A stretch of DNA of 64,000 nt from an uncultured Anaeroplasmataceae bacterium (GTDB lineage: Bacteria > Bacillota_I > Bacilli_A > Acholeplasmatales > Anaeroplasmataceae). The notes below the pieces were generated by a model. That model saw nothing but the letters and a program-made list of their open reading frames with translations, searched no databases and was not told the origin of the DNA. A program made the position numbers and the translations under genes. The stretch is taken from assembly GCA_964441815.1 (NCBI GenBank), contig CAYTVE010000003.1, forward strand, positions 323 to 64,322, read 5' to 3'. Shown in pieces: positions 59,322 through 64,000 of the stretch. Each line of letters begins with the position of its first letter. The stretch's first letter is position 1.

Positions 59322-61768
59322 GAATAAATAGAATTGAAATAATAGGATTTGGCAAATTAGAAAATTATAATTTTGATACATCTAACAATTTAACTACGTT
59401 ATGTGAAAATAATGGTTATGGCAAAAGTACAATTTGTGAATTTGTCAAAGCAATGTTATATGGCCTTCCTAAAAAAAGCAAGAGTGATTTTACTCGTGAA
59501 CATTATTTACCTTTTAATGGCAAGGAATCTGGAGGAACTTTAGAAATCGAACATAAAGGCAATATATATAAAATTGTTAGAAGATTTAAGAAAAATGCTA
59601 AAGATGATGAACTACAATTCCATATTAACAATATTGAAAAGAAGAATTTTGTTGGTGTTGTTGGTGAATACATTTTTGGCATTAATAAAGAATCGTTTGA
59701 AAGAACTATGTTTGTTAATTCATATGATTTAAAAATAGAATCTAATACAGATATTAATAGTAAAATGGGAAATTATATTAATAATACAAATAATGATATT
59801 AATTTTGATGATATAATGAAAAAATTGGATTCATTAAAAAAAGCATATAAGCCTTTAAGGCAATCTGATGAAAAAGGAAAAATAGCAGAGTGTCAAAGAT
59901 ACATTAATCATTTAAATAATGAATTATATAATAGAAAAAGTTTAGAGACTAGTTTAGAAAATAAATATAAAGACCTTGCTGAATTAAATATAAAACAAAA
60001 GGAAATAAATAATAAAATAGCTCAATCAACAAAAATAAATGAAATATCAGCAAATTTTAAACGATATGATTCAATGATTTTAGAACTCGAAAATATTAAA
60101 TCAGATATTGATAATATAAATGATAAATTTAAAGTTGGTTTTGTTAATGAAATAGATAAAAATGATATTCATCAAATAGAACAAAAAATATTACTTATTG
60201 ATAAGGATATTGACGAAAAAAAACAAGAACAAGAAATATATATTGATAATATTTATGGTGTTGCTGATAATGAATTAGAAAATATATATAATAAAATAAT
60301 TGATTATAATAATAAAAATAAAAATAATGATAGTATTGATTTAAATAATGATTTGATAAATAAATATCAACATTCTAATTTTGAGGTTATATTAAATAAA
60401 GTTGAAGTTTTGAACAATAAAATTGATGAATATGAAGATAATATTAAAAATAATCAAGAAAATAAAACTATAAATAAAACATCTTTATTTATTAATTTAT
60501 TTAGTGTTATATTAATAATTGTAAGTGTTATCTTAGGTTTTATGTTTAATCCTATTTTATATTTAATTAGTTTATTGGCAGTTGTTATTGTTGCTTTTAA
60601 TTTTATTTATTTTAAAAAAAGTGATATAAATAAATATCAACAGCTAATTAAGGAAAAAGAAGAATTAATTAACCAAATAGATAAAATGTTAACGCCATAT
60701 GGCTTTTCAACTTCTTTGAATAATAATAGATATGTAGCGTTAGAAAAAGCTAAAAGAGAGTTTGATGATTATCTTTCTCAAAAAGAAAAAATAAATAATT
60801 TTTATAAAAATAAAGAGAATAATAATAAATACATTTTAGAATTAGATAACGAACTAAATACTTATTTTAAAAAATTTAACATTTATTTGAATAATTATAA
60901 CGAAGCTTATAAAATATTAATTGAAAAAACAAAAGAGTATAAGCTTAATAAAAAGAAAAAAGAAGAAGCTTTTAAATCATTGGAAAAATTAAAACAAGAT
61001 AAAATTGATTTATTGAATAAATATAATGGTTATAAAGAAAAATATAAGTGTGATGATTTGTCAAAATATATAGAAGAATCTGTGAAAAACTATAGTTTAT
61101 TAAAAGATAAAATAAATAATTATAATACAAAAAAAGAAGAGACTGAAAAATTTTATTTTGATAATAATCTAGCTAATGAGAAAAGAGATATTGAGATTTT
61201 TGACTCAAATTTATTAAATAAAGATTTAAATGAAATTATGTCTAAGAAAAATATTATTGAAAATGAAATAGACAGTATAGAATTAGAACTTCAAAAATTA
61301 GATAATATGGTAGGAGAGTTAGAAATTTATCAAAACAAATTGAAAGAATTAAATCATTCTTATTACATTATAACAAAGACAATTGATACTTTAAGCAAAG
61401 CAGAAGATAATATTAAAAATAAATATATTAAACCTGTTTATGAAAAAATTAATAAGTATTTAAATGTATTAGGTAATGTTATTAATTATGAAATAGAAAT
61501 AAATGAAAATTATGAATTATCAATCAATGATAAAGGAATTATTCGTGATTATAGACATTTATCAAGCGGAGAAGTAACATTATTATGTTTTTGTTATAGA
61601 TTAGCTATATTAGATACTATATTTGATGAAAAAGGTTTTATTATTATAGATGATTTATTTTTAGCATTAGATGAAAAACATTTTGATTTAGCATCTAGAT
61701 TAATTAATAAGCTTTCAGAAGATAGACAAATAATTTATTTTACTTGTCATAGTAGTAGAAATATTTAA
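59318..61768 (+). CDS. yhaN: SbcC/Rad50-like AAA ATPase with long coiled coil and a central TM hairpin (YhaN type)
   Basis: N-terminal Walker A 'ENNGYGKST', extensive Lys/Glu/Asn coiled coil, two hydrophobic helices '[21 protein letters not shown]...[19 protein letters not shown]', and a C-terminal 'LSSGEVTLL' with '[11 protein letters not shown]'. ATGA overlap with yhaO. Confidence 0.8.
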   Translation: MRINRIEIIGFGKLENYNFDTSNNLTTLCENNGYGKSTICEFVKAMLYGLPKKSKSDFTREHYLPFNGKESGGTLEIEHKGNIYKIVRRFKKNAKDDELQFHINNIEKKNFVGVVGEYIFGINKESFERTMFVNSYDLKIESNTDINSKMGNYINNTNNDINFDDIMKKLDSLKKAYKPLRQSDEKGKIAECQRYINHLNNELYNRKSLETSLENKYKDLAELNIKQKEINNKIAQSTKINEISANFKRYDSMILELENIKSDIDNINDKFKVGFVNEIDKNDIHQIEQKILLIDKDIDEKKQEQEIYIDNIYGVADNELENIYNKIIDYNNKNKNNDSIDLNNDLINKYQHSNFEVILNKVEVLNNKIDEYEDNIKNNQENKTINKTSLFINLFSVILIIVSVILGFMFNPILYLISLLAVVIVAFNFIYFKKSDINKYQQLIKEKEELINQIDKMLTPYGFSTSLNNNRYVALEKAKREFDDYLSQKEKINNFYKNKENNNKYILELDNELNTYFKKFNIYLNNYNEAYKILIEKTKEYKLNKKKKEEAFKSLEKLKQDKIDLLNKYNGYKEKYKCDDLSKYIEESVKNYSLLKDKINNYNTKKEETEKFYFDNNLANEKRDIEIFDSNLLNKDLNEIMSKKNIIENEIDSIELELQKLDNMVGELEIYQNKLKELNHSYYIITKTIDTLSKAEDNIKNKYIKPVYEKINKYLNVLGNVINYEIEINENYELSINDKGIIRDYRHLSSGEVTLLCFCYRLAILDTIFDEKGFIIIDDLFLALDEKHFDLASRLINKLSEDRQIIYFTCHSSRNI

Positions 61769-61791
61769 AAAAATTAGAAGGAGTTATTGTT

Positions 61792-63750
61792 ATGTTTGAA
61801 ATTAAATCTAAATATAAGCCTACTGGTGATCAACCTAAGGCCATAAATGATATTGTAGATAATTTTAATAATGGTATAAATAGGCAAGTGTTATTAGGTG
61901 CCACTGGAACTGGTAAGACGTTTACAATGTGTAATGTCATTGCTAGAATGAATAAGCCTACACTTGTCCTTGCCCATAATAAGACTCTTGCAGGACAATT
62001 ATATAATGAAATAAAGTCTATTTTTTCGAATAATCATGTAGAATATTTTATATCATACTATGATTATTATCAACCTGAAGCTTATGTTGTTAGTAGCGAT
62101 ACATATATTGAAAAAGATTCTAGTATCAATGAAGAAATAGATGAAATGAGACATTCAGCAACTGCTGCCTTAATGGATTATAGGGATGTAATAGTTGTGG
62201 CGTCTGTTTCTTGTATTTACGGGATTGGTGACCCTGAAGATTATAAAAACTCTATGTTAACTATTAGAGTTGGTGAAGTATATAATAAAAAAGAATTATT
62301 AAATCAATTAATTGACATGCAGTTTGAAAGAAATGACATTGAATTTAAAAGAGGTAGTTTTAGAGTTAGAGGCGATGTTCTTGAAATCATTCCCATTAAC
62401 GAACATGCTAAAGGTATTAGAATTGAATTTTTTGATGATGAGGTTGAACGTATAAGAATGTTTGATGTAACAACAGGAATAAAAATAGATGATGTAAATT
62501 TTGCTAATATTTTTGCTGCAACACATTTTGTTACGAATAAGGATAAATTAGAAGAGGCTTTAAGGCGTATCAAGACAGAATTGCAAATAACACATAAAAA
62601 ATTTATTTTAGATGGTAAACCCCTCGAAGCAGAAAGAATTGAACAAAGGACTAAATATGATTTAGAAATGCTTGAACAAACTGGCTCATGTAGTGGGGTC
62701 GAGAATTATTCAAGACATTTATCATTAAGAGGTGAAGGAGAGACTCCAGACACTTTGATAGATTTCTTTGGAGACGATTTTTTGCTTATTGTTGATGAAT
62801 CACATGTTACTTTACCTCAAATAAGAGGTATGTATAATGGAGACCGTTCAAGAAAGGAAACGTTAGTTCAATATGGCTTTAGATTACCTTCAGCTTTAGA
62901 TAATAGACCCTTAAAGTTTGATGAATTTGATAATAAAATAAAACAAGCTTTATTCGTTTCAGCTACACCAGGTGATTATGAGAAAAAATATCCTATTGTT
63001 GAACAAATAATTCGTCCTACCGGACTTTTGGATCCTATTATTGAAGTAAGAAAAAGTGAAGGCCAAGTTGATGATATATATGCTGAAATAAGCAAAAGAA
63101 TAGCTTTAAATGAACGTGTATTAATTACAACGTTAACTATAAAAATGAGTGAGGATTTAACTGCATATTTAAAGAAGTTAGGATTAAATGTTGCGTATCT
63201 TCATTCTGAAGTTAAAGCATTAGAAAGATTAGAAATATTAAGAGATTTAAGAAGTGGTAAATATGATGTTTTAGTTGGTATTAATTTATTAAGAGAAGGT
63301 CTTGATTTACCTGAAGTATCGCTTGTTTGTATATTAGATGCTGATAAACAAGGTTTTTTAAGAAATTCTAGAAGTTTAATTCAAACTATTGGTCGTGCAG
63401 CAAGAAATGCAAATGGTAGAGTTATAATGTATGCAGACAGTTTAAGTGAAGCTATGGAAGAAGCTATAAATGAAACTAATCGAAGAAGAGAGATTCAAAT
63501 GGAATATAATATTGTTAATGGTATTATTCCTCAAACAATTGTTAAGGATTTACCAGATGTTGTTTCAATTAAAAATAATAATGACAATGTTAAGAAGAAA
63601 TCAAGGGACAAAAAGAAACTTACAGTTGAGGAAAAAATATCATTAATTAGTGAATTAGAAGAAGAAATGAGAAATTATGCAAAAGATTTGAATTTTGAAA
63701 TGGCTGCTCAAATAAGGGATGCAATATTAGAATTAAAGGCAGGTAAGTAA
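61792..63750 (+). CDS. uvrB: excinuclease ABC subunit B
   Basis: 'GATGTGKTF', 'YDYYQPEAY', 'DESHVTLPQ', '[14 protein letters not shown]', and the C-terminal UVR motif '[15 protein letters not shown]'. Confidence 0.97.
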   Translation: MFEIKSKYKPTGDQPKAINDIVDNFNNGINRQVLLGATGTGKTFTMCNVIARMNKPTLVLAHNKTLAGQLYNEIKSIFSNNHVEYFISYYDYYQPEAYVVSSDTYIEKDSSINEEIDEMRHSATAALMDYRDVIVVASVSCIYGIGDPEDYKNSMLTIRVGEVYNKKELLNQLIDMQFERNDIEFKRGSFRVRGDVLEIIPINEHAKGIRIEFFDDEVERIRMFDVTTGIKIDDVNFANIFAATHFVTNKDKLEEALRRIKTELQITHKKFILDGKPLEAERIEQRTKYDLEMLEQTGSCSGVENYSRHLSLRGEGETPDTLIDFFGDDFLLIVDESHVTLPQIRGMYNGDRSRKETLVQYGFRLPSALDNRPLKFDEFDNKIKQALFVSATPGDYEKKYPIVEQIIRPTGLLDPIIEVRKSEGQVDDIYAEISKRIALNERVLITTLTIKMSEDLTAYLKKLGLNVAYLHSEVKALERLEILRDLRSGKYDVLVGINLLREGLDLPEVSLVCILDADKQGFLRNSRSLIQTIGRAARNANGRVIMYADSLSEAMEEAINETNRRREIQMEYNIVNGIIPQTIVKDLPDVVSIKNNNDNVKKKSRDKKKLTVEEKISLISELEEEMRNYAKDLNFEMAAQIRDAILELKAGK

Positions 63751-63751
63751 T

Positions 63752-64000
63752 ATGTATTCAATCAAAGAGTTATTTAAAATAGGAAATGGACCATCTAGTT
63801 CTCACACTATAGGTCCTATGCTTGCGACTAAAGAATTTTTAAAAAGATATAGTGATATTATTGATAGTGTTAAGGTAATATTATATGGTTCATTAGCTTT
63901 AACAGGTCGTGGCCATTTAACAGATTATATTATTGAAAAAACATTACTTCCAATCCCTTGTTTAATTGAATTTAATTTGGATAAAGAAGAATTACATCCC
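63752..64000 (+). CDS. sdaA: L-serine dehydratase (iron-sulfur dependent), N-terminal part, truncated by the window end
   Basis: Hand-translated as '[29 protein letters not shown]...[11 protein letters not shown]', the characteristic SdaA N-terminus. The ATG lies 1 nt after the uvrB stop. Confidence 0.75.
   Translation, partial: MYSIKELFKIGNGPSSSHTIGPMLATKEFLKRYSDIIDSVKVILYGSLALTGRGHLTDYIIEKTLLPIPCLIEFNLDKEELHP

Overview
Very AT-rich bacterial chromosome segment read with the standard code: TGA is a stop (e.g. 7229-7231) and Trp is TGG. It spans the replication origin of a spore-forming, low-GC Bacillota-type organism. Backbone genes, left to right: sugar ABC importer genes; T-box-controlled asnS; cwlJ-gerQ; jag-yidC-rnpA-rpmH on the minus strand; DnaA-box cluster, dnaA, second DnaA-box cluster plus an AT-rich stretch, dnaN; an ABC-2 exporter and a sugar acetyltransferase placed before yaaA-recF; gyrB-gyrA; dnaX-ybaB-recR-bofA; rpoE; then metG, yitT, alr, a lipid kinase, yggS-ylmH, a MATE pump, mtnN, ytfI-ytfJ, RNase H, murE, a yhaO/yhaN-like nuclease-ATPase pair, uvrB and the start of sdaA. 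I saw no rRNA gene, intact tRNA gene or CRISPR array. Five regions stand out. (i) A minus-strand operon (5083-10200) encodes a secreted Ser/Thr-rich protein with an amphipathic beta-hairpin, possibly a pore former, plus two paralogous MacB-type fused ABC proteins. (ii) A three-gene block sits between gyrA and dnaX: a PD-(D/E)XK nuclease fused to an XPD/DinG-like Fe-S helicase, a DUF2974-like hydrolase and a YiiX-like peptidase. (iii) A roughly 8-kb decayed island (about 34.5-42.4 kb) is bracketed by copies of a ~95-nt repeat. It carries a holin-like gene, a degenerate-Fic/nucleotidyltransferase fusion, a frameshifted and truncated RHS/YD-repeat gene, tRNA-3'-end-like repeats, a Schlafen/AlbA_2-type regulator and an RHS-tip/serine-recombinase chimera with a homopolymer frameshift. 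(iv) A two-component module with an intramembrane-sensing kinase and a multi-pass membrane protein is flanked by two paralogous small 2-TM proteins. (v) A 28-codon hydrophobic peptide ORF (type I toxin-like) lies inside a bidirectional terminator. All family assignments come from motif recognition by eye, because no database search could be run.
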